A program made the position numbers and the translations under genes. From contig OZ361259.1 in NCBI GenBank assembly GCA_977018835.1, positions 682,001 through 746,000 of the forward strand: 64,000 nucleotides of DNA, read 5' to 3'. This DNA is from Minutocellus sp. GHC0000111 (Eukaryota). Shown piece after piece: positions 19,796-31,585 of this stretch (positions are counted from its first letter, which is position 1; the number at the start of each line of letters is the position of its first letter). The notes under the pieces were generated by a model. The model saw only the letters and a list, made by a program, of their open reading frames with translations. It did no database searches and was not told the origin of the DNA.

Positions 19796-20758
19796 ATGGC
19801 AACCATCTGTCACTCCCCTGAAGTGACACAGCAGAAGGCGGTGCCAGAGCAGACAGCCGGCATCCAACAGCCATCCCAGCAACTCTTGGTCTCTCAGTGC
19901 CATGAATGTGGTGTGGCACTAGTCATTCCAAAGAATTGTCCAGCTTCTGCCGGAAATCTCAAGCCATCTGATCTTGACGGTCAAACGATCATTCCTTCTT
20001 CTCATAAGAAATTTATTCCCGTTTTCGATAAGCCCAAGTACTGCCCCTTTGGTCTCGGTTATCGCCGCTGCCCAGCTGAAATCTTCAACTACTTTTTTAC
20101 TGGCAAACTGATGCAGAAGATTGGAGACTTCCTTGCACCTTCTCCTTACACCCCTGGATTTATTTTCACTACCTATAGCGTTCTTGCCTCCCTGGACACT
20201 CAAAATCCAAGTAATATTGCAGCCACGGTGGAGCAGGAATTCACTGAACTCCTTGATCCTCGGGGAGTTCTTCCATTCAGCCTCGATCCAGGCACAGGCC
20301 TTCCTGTCGTCAATCCCGCTTTTGACAAAGCTGTTCCGAAGGGCCTTACTCGTGGACCCAATAGCCTAATTGTTGTCCCCAGGAGCAAGCCCAAGTCCGG
20401 AGGTAGCAAGTCTTCTGGTGGCAGCAGCAGATCCAAGAGCACGTCCGGTGGCAGCAGCAGATCCAAGAGCACGTCCGGTGGCAGCAGCAGATCCAAGAGC
20501 AAGTCCAATTTTTTCACCCCCGTCCCTCCAACTCCGGCTCTGACAAAGGCTCCCTCGGCTACACCCTCCAAGACTTCCGATGTTCCGTCCACATCTCCGT
20601 CAGAATCTTTGAGTATTCCTTCCACGTTGCCATCCGATGCTCCTTCGGCGATTCCCTCCGAATTTCCTTCAGACAGTCCTTCGGAGATGCCCTCCGAATT
20701 TCCTTCAGACAGTCCTTCGGCGATTCCCTCCGAATTTCCTACTGCTACTCGTAGGTAG
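19796..20758 (+). CDS. Array ORF copy 3 (320 aa)
   Basis: Intact; 3 repeats; synonymous GCA>GCG at 19840. Confidence 0.55.
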   Translation: MATICHSPEVTQQKAVPEQTAGIQQPSQQLLVSQCHECGVALVIPKNCPASAGNLKPSDLDGQTIIPSSHKKFIPVFDKPKYCPFGLGYRRCPAEIFNYFFTGKLMQKIGDFLAPSPYTPGFIFTTYSVLASLDTQNPSNIAATVEQEFTELLDPRGVLPFSLDPGTGLPVVNPAFDKAVPKGLTRGPNSLIVVPRSKPKSGGSKSSGGSSRSKSTSGGSSRSKSTSGGSSRSKSKSNFFTPVPPTPALTKAPSATPSKTSDVPSTSPSESLSIPSTLPSDAPSAIPSEFPSDSPSEMPSEFPSDSPSAIPSEFPTATRR

Positions 20759-21085
20759 ACTAGCTAGTTTGTTCATAGTAATCTCTATTTCCAAGAAAAG
20801 TCACATCATCCAATTGACCTTAGGTCTACCAGTATTTTCCCCCCAAGATTGTGGTACTCTCTGGTGTTGAGGGTTCATAATTCAATCTTTGTGGCGCCAC
20901 CATTTTTCTGGAAAGCAATTTTGGAGAGCTCTTGTGTGTGGGCATGGCTATGGTCGGTGTGGCCCCCATCCTCCCTCCATCTGGTTCCTTTGCCAGGCAC
21001 CATTCTCATGCAAAGTGCATGTTTTACAAAAGATTTATGCTGACCTGTCAAATCACCTGCACCGTCAGCACACAGTGTTCATCGC

Positions 21086-22078
21086 ATGGCAACCATCTGT
21101 CACTCCCCTGAAGTGACACAGCAGAAGGCAGTGCCAGAGCAGACAGCCGGCATCCAACAGCCATCCCAGCAACTCTTGGTCTCTCAGTGCCATGAATGTG
21201 GTGTGGCACTAGTCATTCCAAAGAATTGTCCAGCTTCTGCCGGAAATCTCAAGCCATCTGATCTTGACGGTCAAACGATCATTCCTTCTTCTCATAAGAA
21301 ATTTATTCCCGTTTTCGATAAGCCCAAGTACTGCCCCTTTGGTCTCGGTTATCGCCGCTGCCCAGCTGAAATCTTCAACTACTTTTTTACTGGCAAACTG
21401 ATGCAGAAGATTGGAGACTTCCTTGCACCTTCTCCTTACACCCCTGGATTTATTTTCACTACCTATAGCGTTCTTGCCTCCCTGGACACTCAAAATCCAA
21501 GTAATATTGCAGCCACGGTGGAGCAGGAATTCACTGAACTCCTTGATCCTCGGGGAGTTCTTCCATTCAGCCTCGATCCAGGCACAGGCCTTCCTGTCGT
21601 CAATCCCGCTTTTGACAAAGCTGTTCCGAAGGGCCTTACTCGTGGACCCAATAGCCTAATTGTTGTCCCCAGGAGCAAGCCCAAGTCCGGAGGTAGCAAG
21701 TCTTCTGGTGGCAGCAGCAGATCCAAGAGCACGTCCGGTGGCAGCAGCAGATCCAAGAGCACGTCCGGTGGCAGCAGCAGATCCAAGAGCACGTCCGGTG
21801 GCAGCAGCAGATCCAAGAGCAAGTCCAATTTTTTCACCCCCGTCCCTCCAACTCCGGCTCTGACAAAGGCTCCCTCGGCTACACCCTCCAAGACTTCCGA
21901 TGTTCCGTCCACATCTCCGTCAGAATCTTTGAGTATTCCTTCCACGTTGCCATCCGATGCTCCTTCGGCGATTCCCTCCGAATTTCCTTCAGACAGTCCT
22001 TCGGAGATGCCCTCCGAATTTCCTTCAGACAGTCCTTCGGCGATTCCCTCCGAATTTCCTACTGCTACTCGTAGGTAG
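21086..22078 (+). CDS. Array ORF copy 4 (330 aa)
   Basis: Intact; 4 repeats. Confidence 0.55.
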   Translation: MATICHSPEVTQQKAVPEQTAGIQQPSQQLLVSQCHECGVALVIPKNCPASAGNLKPSDLDGQTIIPSSHKKFIPVFDKPKYCPFGLGYRRCPAEIFNYFFTGKLMQKIGDFLAPSPYTPGFIFTTYSVLASLDTQNPSNIAATVEQEFTELLDPRGVLPFSLDPGTGLPVVNPAFDKAVPKGLTRGPNSLIVVPRSKPKSGGSKSSGGSSRSKSTSGGSSRSKSTSGGSSRSKSTSGGSSRSKSKSNFFTPVPPTPALTKAPSATPSKTSDVPSTSPSESLSIPSTLPSDAPSAIPSEFPSDSPSEMPSEFPSDSPSAIPSEFPTATRR

Positions 22079-22405
22079 ACTAGCTAGTTTGTTCATAGTA
22101 ATCTCTATTTCCAAGAAAAGTCACATCATCCAATTGACCTTAGGTCTACCAGTATTTTCCCCCCAAGATTGTGGTACTCTCTGGTGTTGAGGGTTCATAA
22201 TTCAATCTTTGTGGCGCCACCATTTTTCTGGAAAGCAATTTTGGAGAGCTCTTGTGTGTGGGCATGGCTATGGTCGGTGTGGCCCCCATCCTCCCTCCAT
22301 CTGGTTCCTTTGCCAGGCACCATTCTCATGCAAAGTGCATGTTTTACAAAAGATTTATGCTGACCTGTCAAATCACCTGCACCGTCAGCACACAGTGTTC
22401 ATCGC

Positions 22406-23398
22406 ATGGCAACCATCTGTCACTCCCCTGAAGTGACACAGCAGAAGGCAGTGCCAGAGCAGACAGCCGGCATCCAACAGCCATCCCAGCAACTCTTGGT
22501 CTCTCAGTGCCATGAATGTGGTGTGGCACTAGTCATTCCAAAGAATTGTCCAGCTTCTGCCGGAAATCTCAAGCCATCTGATCTTGACGGTCAAACGATC
22601 ATTCCTTCTTCTCATAAGAAATTTATTCCCGTTTTCGATAAGCCCAAGTACTGCCCCTTTGGTCTCGGTTATCGCCGCTGCCCAGCTGAAATCTTCAACT
22701 ACTTTTTTACTGGCAAACTGATGCAGAAGATTGGAGACTTCCTTGCACCTTCTCCTTACACCCCTGGATTTATTTTCACTACCTATAGCGTTCTTGCCTC
22801 CCTGGACACTCAAAATCCAAGTAATATTGCAGCCACGGTGGAGCAGGAATTCACTGAACTCCTTGATCCTCGGGGAGTTCTTCCATTCAGCCTCGATCCA
22901 GGCACAGGCCTTCCTGTCGTCAATCCCGCTTTTGACAAAGCTGTTCCGAAGGGCCTTACTCGTGGACCCAATAGCCTAATTGTTGTCCCCAGGAGCAAGC
23001 CCAAGTCCGGAGGTAGCAAGTCTTCTGGTGGCAGCAGCAGATCCAAGAGCACGTCCGGTGGCAGCAGCAGATCCAAGAGCACGTCCGGTGGCAGCAGCAG
23101 ATCCAAGAGCACGTCCGGTGGCAGCAGCAGATCCAAGAGCAAGTCCAATTTTTTCACCCCCGTCCCTCCAACTCCGGCTCTGACAAAGGCTCCCTCGGCT
23201 ACACCCTCCAAGACTTCCGATGTTCCGTCCACATCTCCGTCAGAATCTTTGAGTATTCCTTCCACGTTGCCATCCGATGCTCCTTCGGCGATTCCCTCCG
23301 AATTTCCTTCAGACAGTCCTTCGGAGATGCCCTCCGAATTTCCTTCAGACAGTCCTTCGGCGATTCCCTCCGAATTTCCTACTGCTACTCGTAGGTAG
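22406..23398 (+). CDS. Array ORF copy 5 (330 aa)
   Basis: Intact; 4 repeats. Confidence 0.55.
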   Translation: MATICHSPEVTQQKAVPEQTAGIQQPSQQLLVSQCHECGVALVIPKNCPASAGNLKPSDLDGQTIIPSSHKKFIPVFDKPKYCPFGLGYRRCPAEIFNYFFTGKLMQKIGDFLAPSPYTPGFIFTTYSVLASLDTQNPSNIAATVEQEFTELLDPRGVLPFSLDPGTGLPVVNPAFDKAVPKGLTRGPNSLIVVPRSKPKSGGSKSSGGSSRSKSTSGGSSRSKSTSGGSSRSKSTSGGSSRSKSKSNFFTPVPPTPALTKAPSATPSKTSDVPSTSPSESLSIPSTLPSDAPSAIPSEFPSDSPSEMPSEFPSDSPSAIPSEFPTATRR

Positions 23399-23725
23399 AC
23401 TAGCTAGTTTGTTCATAGTAATCTCTATTTCCAAGAAAAGTCACATCATCCAATTGACCTTAGGTCTACCAGTATTTTCCCCCCAAGATTGTGGTACTCT
23501 CTGGTGTTGAGGGTTCATAATTCAATCTTTGTGGCGCCACCATTTTTCTGGAAAGCAATTTTGGAGAGCTCTTGTGTGTGGGCATGGCTATGGTCGGTGT
23601 GGCCCCCATCCTCCCTCCATCTGGTTCCTTTGCCAGGCACCATTCTCATGCAAAGTGCATGTTTTACAAAAGATTTATGCTGACCTGTCAAATCACCTGC
23701 ACCGTCAGCACACAGTGTTCATCGC

Positions 23726-24688
23726 ATGGCAACCATCTGTCACTCCCCTGAAGTGACACAGCAGAAGGCAGTGCCAGAGCAGACAGCCGGCATCCAACAG
23801 CCATCCCAGCAACTCTTGGTCTCTCAGTGCCATGAATGTGGTGTGGCACTAGTCATTCCAAAGAATTGTCCAGCTTCTGCCGGAAATCTCAAGCCATCTG
23901 ATCTTGACGGTCAAACGATCATTCCTTCTTCTCATAAGAAATTTATTCCCGTTTTCGATAAGCCCAAGTACTGCCCCTTTGGTCTCGGTTATCGCCGCTG
24001 CCCAGCTGAAATCTTCAACTACTTTTTTACTGGCAAACTGATGCAGAAGATTGGAGACTTCCTTGCACCTTCTCCTTACACCCCTGGATTTATTTTCACT
24101 ACCTATAGCGTTCTTGCCTCCCTGGACACTCAAAATCCAAGTAATATTGCAGCCACGGTGGAGCAGGAATTCACTGAACTCCTTGATCCTCGGGGAGTTC
24201 TTCCATTCAGCCTCGATCCAGGCACAGGCCTTCCTGTCGTCAAGCCCGCTTTTGACAAAGCTGTTCCGAAGGGCCTTACTCGTGGACCCAATAGCCTAAT
24301 TGTTGTCCCCAGGAGCAAGCCCAAGTCCGGAGGTAGCAAGTCTTCTGGTGGCAGCAGCAGATCCAAGAGCACGTCCGGTGGCAGCAGCAGATCCAAGAGC
24401 ACGTCCGGTGGCAGCAGCAGATCCAAGAGCAAGTCCAATTTTTTCACCCCCGTCCCTCCAACTCCGGCTCTGACAAAGGCTCCCTCGGCTACACCCTCCA
24501 AGACTTCCGATGTTCCGTCCACATCTCCGTCAGAATCTTTGAGTATTCCTTCCACGTTGCCATCCGATGCTCCTTCGGCGATTCCCTCCGAATTTCCTTC
24601 AGACAGTCCTTCGGAGATGCCCTCCGAATTTCCTTCAGACAGTCCTTCGGCGATTCCCTCCGAATTTCCTACTGCTACTCGTAGGTAG
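23726..24688 (+). CDS. Array ORF copy 6 (320 aa)
   Basis: Intact; 3 repeats; N173K. Confidence 0.55.
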   Translation: MATICHSPEVTQQKAVPEQTAGIQQPSQQLLVSQCHECGVALVIPKNCPASAGNLKPSDLDGQTIIPSSHKKFIPVFDKPKYCPFGLGYRRCPAEIFNYFFTGKLMQKIGDFLAPSPYTPGFIFTTYSVLASLDTQNPSNIAATVEQEFTELLDPRGVLPFSLDPGTGLPVVKPAFDKAVPKGLTRGPNSLIVVPRSKPKSGGSKSSGGSSRSKSTSGGSSRSKSTSGGSSRSKSKSNFFTPVPPTPALTKAPSATPSKTSDVPSTSPSESLSIPSTLPSDAPSAIPSEFPSDSPSEMPSEFPSDSPSAIPSEFPTATRR

Positions 24689-25015
24689 ACTAGCTAGTTT
24701 GTTCATAGTAATCTCTATTTCCAAGAAAAGTCACATCATCCAATTGACCTTAGGTCTACCAGTATTTTCCCCCCAAGATTGTGGTACTCTCTGGTGTTGA
24801 GGGTTCATAATTCAATCTTTGTGGCGCCACCATTTTTCTGGAAAGCAATTTTGGAGAGCTCTTGTGTGTGGGCATGGCTATGGTCGGTGTGGCCCCCATC
24901 CTCCCTCCATCTGGTTCCTTTGCCAGGCACCATTCTCATGCAAAGTGCATGTTTTACAAAAGATTTATGCTGACCTGTCAAATCACCTGCACCGTCAGCA
25001 CACAGTGTTCATCGC

Positions 25016-25978
25016 ATGGCAACCATCTGTCACTCCCCTGAAGTGACACAGCAGAAGGCAGTGCCAGAGCAGACAGCCGGCATCCAACAGCCATCCCAGC
25101 AACTCTTGGTCTCTCAGTGCCATGAATGTGGTGTGGCACTAGTCATTCCAAAGAATTGTCCAGCTTCTGCCGGAAATCTCAAGCCATCTGATCTTGACGG
25201 TCAAACGATCATTCCTTCTTCTCATAAGAAATTTATTCCCGTTTTCGATAAGCCCAAGTACTGCCCCTTTGGTCTCGGTTATCGCCGCTGCCCAGCTGAA
25301 ATCTTCAACTACTTTTTTACTGGCAAACTGATGCAGAAGATTGGAGACTTCCTTGCACCTTCTCCTTACACCCCTGGATTTATTTTCACTACCTATAGCG
25401 TTCTTGCCTCCCTGGACACTCAAAATCCAAGTAATATTGCAGCCACGGTGGAGCAGGAATTCACTGAACTCCTTGATCCTCGGGGAGTTCTTCCATTCAG
25501 CCTCGATCCAGGCACAGGCCTTCCTGTCGTCAAGCCCGCTTTTGACAAAGCTGTTCCGAAGGGCCTTACTCGTGGACCCAATAGCCTAATTGTTGTCCCC
25601 AGGAGCAAGCCCAAGTCCGGAGGTAGCAAGTCTTCTGGTGGCAGCAGCAGATCCAAGAGCACGTCCGGTGGCAGCAGCAGATCCAAGAGCACGTCCGGTG
25701 GCAGCAGCAGATCCAAGAGCAAGTCCAATTTTTTCACCCCCGTCCCTCCAACTCCGGCTCTGACAAAGGCTCCCTCGGCTACACCCTCCAAGACTTCCGA
25801 TGTTCCGTCCACATCTCCGTCAGAATCTTTGAGTATTCCTTCCACGTTGCCATCCGATGCTCCTTCGGCGATTCCCTCCGAATTTCCTTCAGACAGTCCT
25901 TCGGAGATGCCCTCCGAATTTCCTTCAGACAGTCCTTCGGCGATTCCCTCCGAATTTCCTACTGCTACTCGTAGGTAG
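25016..25978 (+). CDS. Array ORF copy 7 (320 aa)
   Basis: Intact; 3 repeats; N173K. Confidence 0.55.
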   Translation: MATICHSPEVTQQKAVPEQTAGIQQPSQQLLVSQCHECGVALVIPKNCPASAGNLKPSDLDGQTIIPSSHKKFIPVFDKPKYCPFGLGYRRCPAEIFNYFFTGKLMQKIGDFLAPSPYTPGFIFTTYSVLASLDTQNPSNIAATVEQEFTELLDPRGVLPFSLDPGTGLPVVKPAFDKAVPKGLTRGPNSLIVVPRSKPKSGGSKSSGGSSRSKSTSGGSSRSKSTSGGSSRSKSKSNFFTPVPPTPALTKAPSATPSKTSDVPSTSPSESLSIPSTLPSDAPSAIPSEFPSDSPSEMPSEFPSDSPSAIPSEFPTATRR

Positions 25979-26305
25979 ACTAGCTAGTTTGTTCATAGTA
26001 ATCTCTATTTCCAAGAAAAGTCACATCATCCAATTGACCTTAGGTCTACCAGTATTTTCCCCCCAAGATTGTGGTACTCTCTGGTGTTGAGGGTTCATAA
26101 TTCAATCTTTGTGGCGCCACCATTTTTCTGGAAAGCAATTTTGGAGAGCTCTTGTGTGTGGGCATGGCTATGGTCGGTGTGGCCCCCATCCTCCCTCCAT
26201 CTGGTTCCTTTGCCAGGCACCATTCTCATGCAAAGTGCATGTTTTACAAAAGATTTATGCTGACCTGTCAAATCACCTGCACCGTCAGCACACAGTGTTC
26301 ATCGC

Positions 26306-27268
26306 ATGGCAACCATCTGTCACTCCCCTGAAGTGACACAGCAGAAGGCAGTGCCAGAGCAGACAGCCGGCATCCAACAGCCATCCCAGCAACTCTTGGT
26401 CTCTCAGTGCCATGAATGTGGTGTGGCACTAGTCATTCCAAAGAATTGTCCAGCTTCTGCCGGAAATCTCAAGCCATCTGATCTTGACGGTCAAACGATC
26501 ATTCCTTCTTCTCATAAGAAATTTATTCCCGTTTTCGATAAGCCCAAGTACTGCCCCTTTGGTCTCGGTTATCGCCGCTGCCCAGCTGAAATCTTCAACT
26601 ACTTTTTTACTGGCAAACTGATGCAGAAGATTGGAGACTTCCTTGCACCTTCTCCTTACACCCCTGGATTTATTTTCACTACCTATAGCGTTCTTGCCTC
26701 CCTGGACACTCAAAATCCAAGTAATATTGCAGCCACGGTGGAGCAGGAATTCACTGAACTCCTTGATCCTCGGGGAGTTCTTCCATTCAGCCTCGATCCA
26801 GGCACAGGCCTTCCTGTCGTCAAGCCCGCTTTTGACAAAGCTGTTCCGAAGGGCCTTACTCGTGGACCCAATAGCCTAATTGTTGTCCCCAGGAGCAAGC
26901 CCAAGTCCGGAGGTAGCAAGTCTTCTGGTGGCAGCAGCAGATCCAAGAGCACGTCCGGTGGCAGCAGCAGATCCAAGAGCACGTCCGGTGGCAGCAGCAG
27001 ATCCAAGAGCAAGTCCAATTTTTTCACCCCCGTCCCTCCAACTCCGGCTCTGACAAAGGCTCCCTCGGCTACACCCTCCAAGACTTCCGATGTTCCGTCC
27101 ACATCTCCGTCAGAATCTTTGAGTATTCCTTCCACGTTGCCATCCGATGCTCCTTCGGCGATTCCCTCCGAATTTCCTTCAGACAGTCCTTCGGAGATGC
27201 CCTCCGAATTTCCTTCAGACAGTCCTTCGGCGATTCCCTCCGAATTTCCTACTGCTACTCGTAGGTAG
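26306..27268 (+). CDS. Array ORF copy 8 (320 aa)
   Basis: Intact; 3 repeats; N173K. Confidence 0.55.
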   Translation: MATICHSPEVTQQKAVPEQTAGIQQPSQQLLVSQCHECGVALVIPKNCPASAGNLKPSDLDGQTIIPSSHKKFIPVFDKPKYCPFGLGYRRCPAEIFNYFFTGKLMQKIGDFLAPSPYTPGFIFTTYSVLASLDTQNPSNIAATVEQEFTELLDPRGVLPFSLDPGTGLPVVKPAFDKAVPKGLTRGPNSLIVVPRSKPKSGGSKSSGGSSRSKSTSGGSSRSKSTSGGSSRSKSKSNFFTPVPPTPALTKAPSATPSKTSDVPSTSPSESLSIPSTLPSDAPSAIPSEFPSDSPSEMPSEFPSDSPSAIPSEFPTATRR

Positions 27269-27595
27269 ACTAGCTAGTTTGTTCATAGTAATCTCTATTT
27301 CCAAGAAAAGTCACATCATCCAATTGACCTTAGGTCTACCAGTATTTTCCCCCCAAGATTGTGGTACTCTCTGGTGTTGAGGGTTCATAATTCAATCTTT
27401 GTGGCGCCACCATTTTTCTGGAAAGCAATTTTGGAGAGCTCTTGTGTGTGGGCATGGCTATGGTCGGTGTGGCCCCCATCCTCCCTCCATCTGGTTCCTT
27501 TGCCAGGCACCATTCTCATGCAAAGTGCATGTTTTACAAAAGATTTATGCTGACCTGTCAAATCACCTGCACCGTCAGCACACAGTGTTCATCGC

Positions 27596-28558
27596 ATGGC
27601 AACCATCTGTCACTCCCCTGAAGTGACACAGCAGAAGGCAGTGCCAGAGCAGACAGCCGGCATCCAACAGCCATCCCAGCAACTCTTGGTCTCTCAGTGC
27701 CATGAATGTGGTGTGGCACTAGTCATTCCAAAGAATTGTCCAGCTTCTGCCGGAAATCTCAAGCCATCTGATCTTGACGGTCAAACGATCATTCCTTCTT
27801 CTCATAAGAAATTTATTCCCGTTTTCGATAAGCCCAAGTACTGCCCCTTTGGTCTCGGTTATCGCCGCTGCCCAGCTGAAATCTTCAACTACTTTTTTAC
27901 TGGCAAACTGATGCAGAAGATTGGAGACTTCCTTGCACCTTCTCCTTACACCCCTGGATTTATTTTCACTACCTATAGCGTTCTTGCCTCCCTGGACACT
28001 CAAAATCCAAGTAATATTGCAGCCACGGTGGAGCAGGAATTCACTGAACTCCTTGATCCTCGGGGAGTTCTTCCATTCAGCCTCGATCCAGGCACAGGCC
28101 TTCCTGTCGTCAAGCCCGCTTTTGACAAAGCTGTTCCGAAGGGCCTTACTCGTGGACCCAATAGCCTAATTGTTGTCCCCAGGAGCAAGCCCAAGTCCGG
28201 AGGTAGCAAGTCTTCTGGTGGCAGCAGCAGATCCAAGAGCACGTCCGGTGGCAGCAGCAGATCCAAGAGCACGTCCGGTGGCAGCAGCAGATCCAAGAGC
28301 AAGTCCAATTTTTTCACCCCCGTCCCTCCAACTCCGGCTCTGACAAAGGCTCCCTCGGCTACACCCTCCAAGACTTCCGATGTTCCGTCCACATCTCCGT
28401 CAGAATCTTTGAGTATTCCTTCCACGTTGCCATCCGATGCTCCTTCGGCGATTCCCTCCGAATTTCCTTCAGACAGTCCTTCGGAGATGCCCTCCGAATT
28501 TCCTTCAGACAGTCCTTCGGCGATTCCCTCCGAATTTCCTACTGCTACTCGTAGGTAG
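27596..28558 (+). CDS. Array ORF copy 9 (320 aa)
   Basis: Intact; 3 repeats; N173K. Confidence 0.55.
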   Translation: MATICHSPEVTQQKAVPEQTAGIQQPSQQLLVSQCHECGVALVIPKNCPASAGNLKPSDLDGQTIIPSSHKKFIPVFDKPKYCPFGLGYRRCPAEIFNYFFTGKLMQKIGDFLAPSPYTPGFIFTTYSVLASLDTQNPSNIAATVEQEFTELLDPRGVLPFSLDPGTGLPVVKPAFDKAVPKGLTRGPNSLIVVPRSKPKSGGSKSSGGSSRSKSTSGGSSRSKSTSGGSSRSKSKSNFFTPVPPTPALTKAPSATPSKTSDVPSTSPSESLSIPSTLPSDAPSAIPSEFPSDSPSEMPSEFPSDSPSAIPSEFPTATRR

Positions 28559-28885
28559 ACTAGCTAGTTTGTTCATAGTAATCTCTATTTCCAAGAAAAG
28601 TCACATCATCCAATTGACCTTAGGTCTACCAGTATTTTCCCCCCAAGATTGTGGTACTCTCTGGTGTTGAGGGTTCATAATTCAATCTTTGTGGCGCCAC
28701 CATTTTTCTGGAAAGCAATTTTGGAGAGCTCTTGTGTGTGGGCATGGCTATGGTCGGTGTGGCCCCCATCCTCCCTCCATCTGGTTCCTTTGCCAGGCAC
28801 CATTCTCATGCAAAGTGCATGTTTTACAAAAGATTTATGCTGACCTGTCAAATCACCTGCACCGTCAGCACACAGTGTTCATCGC

Positions 28886-29878
28886 ATGGCAACCATCTGT
28901 CACTCCCCTGAAGTGACACAGCAGAAGGCAGTGCCAGAGCAGACAGCCGGCATCCAACAGCCATCCCAGCAACTCTTGGTCTCTCAGTGCCATGAATGTG
29001 GTGTGGCACTAGTCATTCCAAAGAATTGTCCAGCTTCTGCCGGAAATCTCAAGCCATCTGATCTTGACGGTCAAACGATCATTCCTTCTTCTCATAAGAA
29101 ATTTATTCCCGTTTTCGATAAGCCCAAGTACTGCCCCTTTGGTCTCGGTTATCGCCGCTGCCCAGCTGAAATCTTCAACTACTTTTTTACTGGCAAACTG
29201 ATGCAGAAGATTGGAGACTTCCTTGCACCTTCTCCTTACACCCCTGGATTTATTTTCACTACCTATAGCGTTCTTGCCTCCCTGGACACTCAAAATCCAA
29301 GTAATATTGCAGCCACGGTGGAGCAGGAATTCACTGAACTCCTTGATCCTCGGGGAGTTCTTCCATTCAGCCTCGATCCAGGCACAGGCCTTCCTGTCGT
29401 CAATCCCGCTTTTGACAAAGCTGTTCCGAAGGGCCTTACTCGTGGACCCAATAGCCTAATTGTTGTCCCCAGGAGCAAGCCCAAGTCCGGAGGTAGCAAG
29501 TCTTCTGGTGGCAGCAGCAGATCCAAGAGCACGTCCGGTGGCAGCAGCAGATCCAAGAGCACGTCCGGTGGCAGCAGCAGATCCAAGAGCACGTCCGGTG
29601 GCAGCAGCAGATCCAAGAGCAAGTCCAATTTTTTCACCCCCGTCCCTCCAACTCCGGCTCTGACAAAGGCTCCCTCGGCTACACCCTCCAAGACTTCCGA
29701 TGTTCCGTCCACATCTCCGTCAGAATCTTTGAGTATTCCTTCCACGTTGCCATCCGATGCTCCTTCGGCGATTCCCTCCGAATTTCCTTCAGACAGTCCT
29801 TCGGAGATGCCCTCCGAATTTCCTTCAGACAGTCCTTCGGCGATTCCCTCCGAATTTCCTACTGCTACTCGTAGGTAG
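28886..29878 (+). CDS. Array ORF copy 10 (330 aa)
   Basis: Intact; 4 repeats. Confidence 0.55.
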   Translation: MATICHSPEVTQQKAVPEQTAGIQQPSQQLLVSQCHECGVALVIPKNCPASAGNLKPSDLDGQTIIPSSHKKFIPVFDKPKYCPFGLGYRRCPAEIFNYFFTGKLMQKIGDFLAPSPYTPGFIFTTYSVLASLDTQNPSNIAATVEQEFTELLDPRGVLPFSLDPGTGLPVVNPAFDKAVPKGLTRGPNSLIVVPRSKPKSGGSKSSGGSSRSKSTSGGSSRSKSTSGGSSRSKSTSGGSSRSKSKSNFFTPVPPTPALTKAPSATPSKTSDVPSTSPSESLSIPSTLPSDAPSAIPSEFPSDSPSEMPSEFPSDSPSAIPSEFPTATRR

Positions 29879-30205
29879 ACTAGCTAGTTTGTTCATAGTA
29901 ATCTCTATTTCCAAGAAAAGTCACTTCATCCAATTGACCTTAGGTCTACCAGTATTTTCCCCCCAAGATTGTGGTACTCTCTGGTGTTGAGGGTTCATAA
30001 TTCAATCTTTGTGGCGCCACCATTTTTCTGGAAAGCAATTTTGGAGAGCTCTTGTGTGTGGGCATGGCTATGGTCGGTGTGGCCCCCATCCTCCCTCCAT
30101 CTGGTTCCTTTGCCAGGCACCATTCTCATGCAAAGTGCATGTTTTACAAAAGATTTATGCTGACCTGTCAAATCACCTGCACCGTCAGCACACAGTGTTC
30201 ATCGC

Positions 30206-31258
30206 ATGGCAACCATCTGTCACTCCCCTGAAGTGACACAGCAGAAGGCAGTGCCAGAGCAGACAGCCGGCATCCAACAGCCATCCCAGCAACTCTTGGT
30301 CTCTCAGTGCCATGAATGTGGTGTGGCACTAGTCATTCCAAAGAATTGTCCAGCTTCTGCCGGAAATCTCAAGCCATCTGATCTTGACGGTCAAACGATC
30401 ATTCCTTCTTCTCATAAGAAATTTATTCCCGTTTTCGATAAGCCCAAGTACTGCCCCTTTGGTCTCGGTTATCGCCGCTGCCCAGCTGAAATCTTCAACT
30501 ACTTTTTTACTGGCAAACTGATGCAGAAGATTGGAGACTTCCTTGCACCTTCTCCTTACACCCCTGGATTTATTTTCACTACCTATAGCGTTCTTGCCTC
30601 CCTGGACACTCAAAATCCAAGTAATATTGCAGCCACGGTGGAGCAGGAATTCACTGAACTCCTTGATCCTCGGGGAGTTCTTCCATTCAGCCTCGATCCA
30701 GGCACAGGCCTTCCTGTCGTCAATCCCGCTTTTGACAAAGCTGTTCCGAAGGGCCTTACTCGTGGACCCAATAGCCTAATTGTTGTCCCCAGGAGCAAGC
30801 CCAAGTCCGGAGGTAGCAAGTCTTCTGGTGGCAGCAGCAGATCCAAGAGCACGTCCGGTGGCAGCAGCAGATCCAAGAGCACGTCCGGTGGCAGCAGCAG
30901 ATCCAAGAGCACGTCCGGTGGCAGCAGCAGATCCAAGAGCACGTCCGGTGGCAGCAGCAGATCCAAGAGCACGTCCGGTGGCAGCAGCAGATCCAAGAGC
31001 AAGTCCAATTTTTTCACCCCCGTCCCTCCAACTCCGGCTCTGACAAAGGCTCCCTCGGCTACACCCTCCAAGACTTCCGATGTTCCGTCCACATCTCCGT
31101 CAGAATCTTTGAGTATTCCTTCCACGTTGCCATCCGATGCTCCTTCGGCGATTCCCTCCGAATTTCCTTCAGACAGTCCTTCGGAGATGCCCTCCGAATT
31201 TCCTTCAGACAGTCCTTCGGCGATTCCCTCCGAATTTCCTACTGCTACTCGTAGGTAG
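30206..31258 (+). CDS. Array ORF copy 11 (350 aa)
   Basis: Intact; 6 repeats. Confidence 0.55.
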   Translation: MATICHSPEVTQQKAVPEQTAGIQQPSQQLLVSQCHECGVALVIPKNCPASAGNLKPSDLDGQTIIPSSHKKFIPVFDKPKYCPFGLGYRRCPAEIFNYFFTGKLMQKIGDFLAPSPYTPGFIFTTYSVLASLDTQNPSNIAATVEQEFTELLDPRGVLPFSLDPGTGLPVVNPAFDKAVPKGLTRGPNSLIVVPRSKPKSGGSKSSGGSSRSKSTSGGSSRSKSTSGGSSRSKSTSGGSSRSKSTSGGSSRSKSTSGGSSRSKSKSNFFTPVPPTPALTKAPSATPSKTSDVPSTSPSESLSIPSTLPSDAPSAIPSEFPSDSPSEMPSEFPSDSPSAIPSEFPTATRR

Positions 31259-31585
31259 ACTAGCTAGTTTGTTCATAGTAATCTCTATTTCCAAGAAAAG
31301 TCACATCATCCAATTGACCTTAGGTCTACCAGTATTTTCCCCCCAAGATTGTGGTACTCTCTGGTGTTGAGGGTTCATAATTCAATCTTTGTGGCGCCAC
31401 CATTTTTCTGGAAAGCAATTTTGGAGAGCTCTTGTGTGTGGGCATGGCTATGGTCGGTGTGGCCCCCATCCTCCCTCCATCTGGTTCCTTTGCCAGGCAC
31501 CATTCTCATGCAAAGTGCATGTTTTACAAAAGATTTATGCTGACCTGTCAAATCACCTGCACCGTCAGCACACAGTGTTCATCGC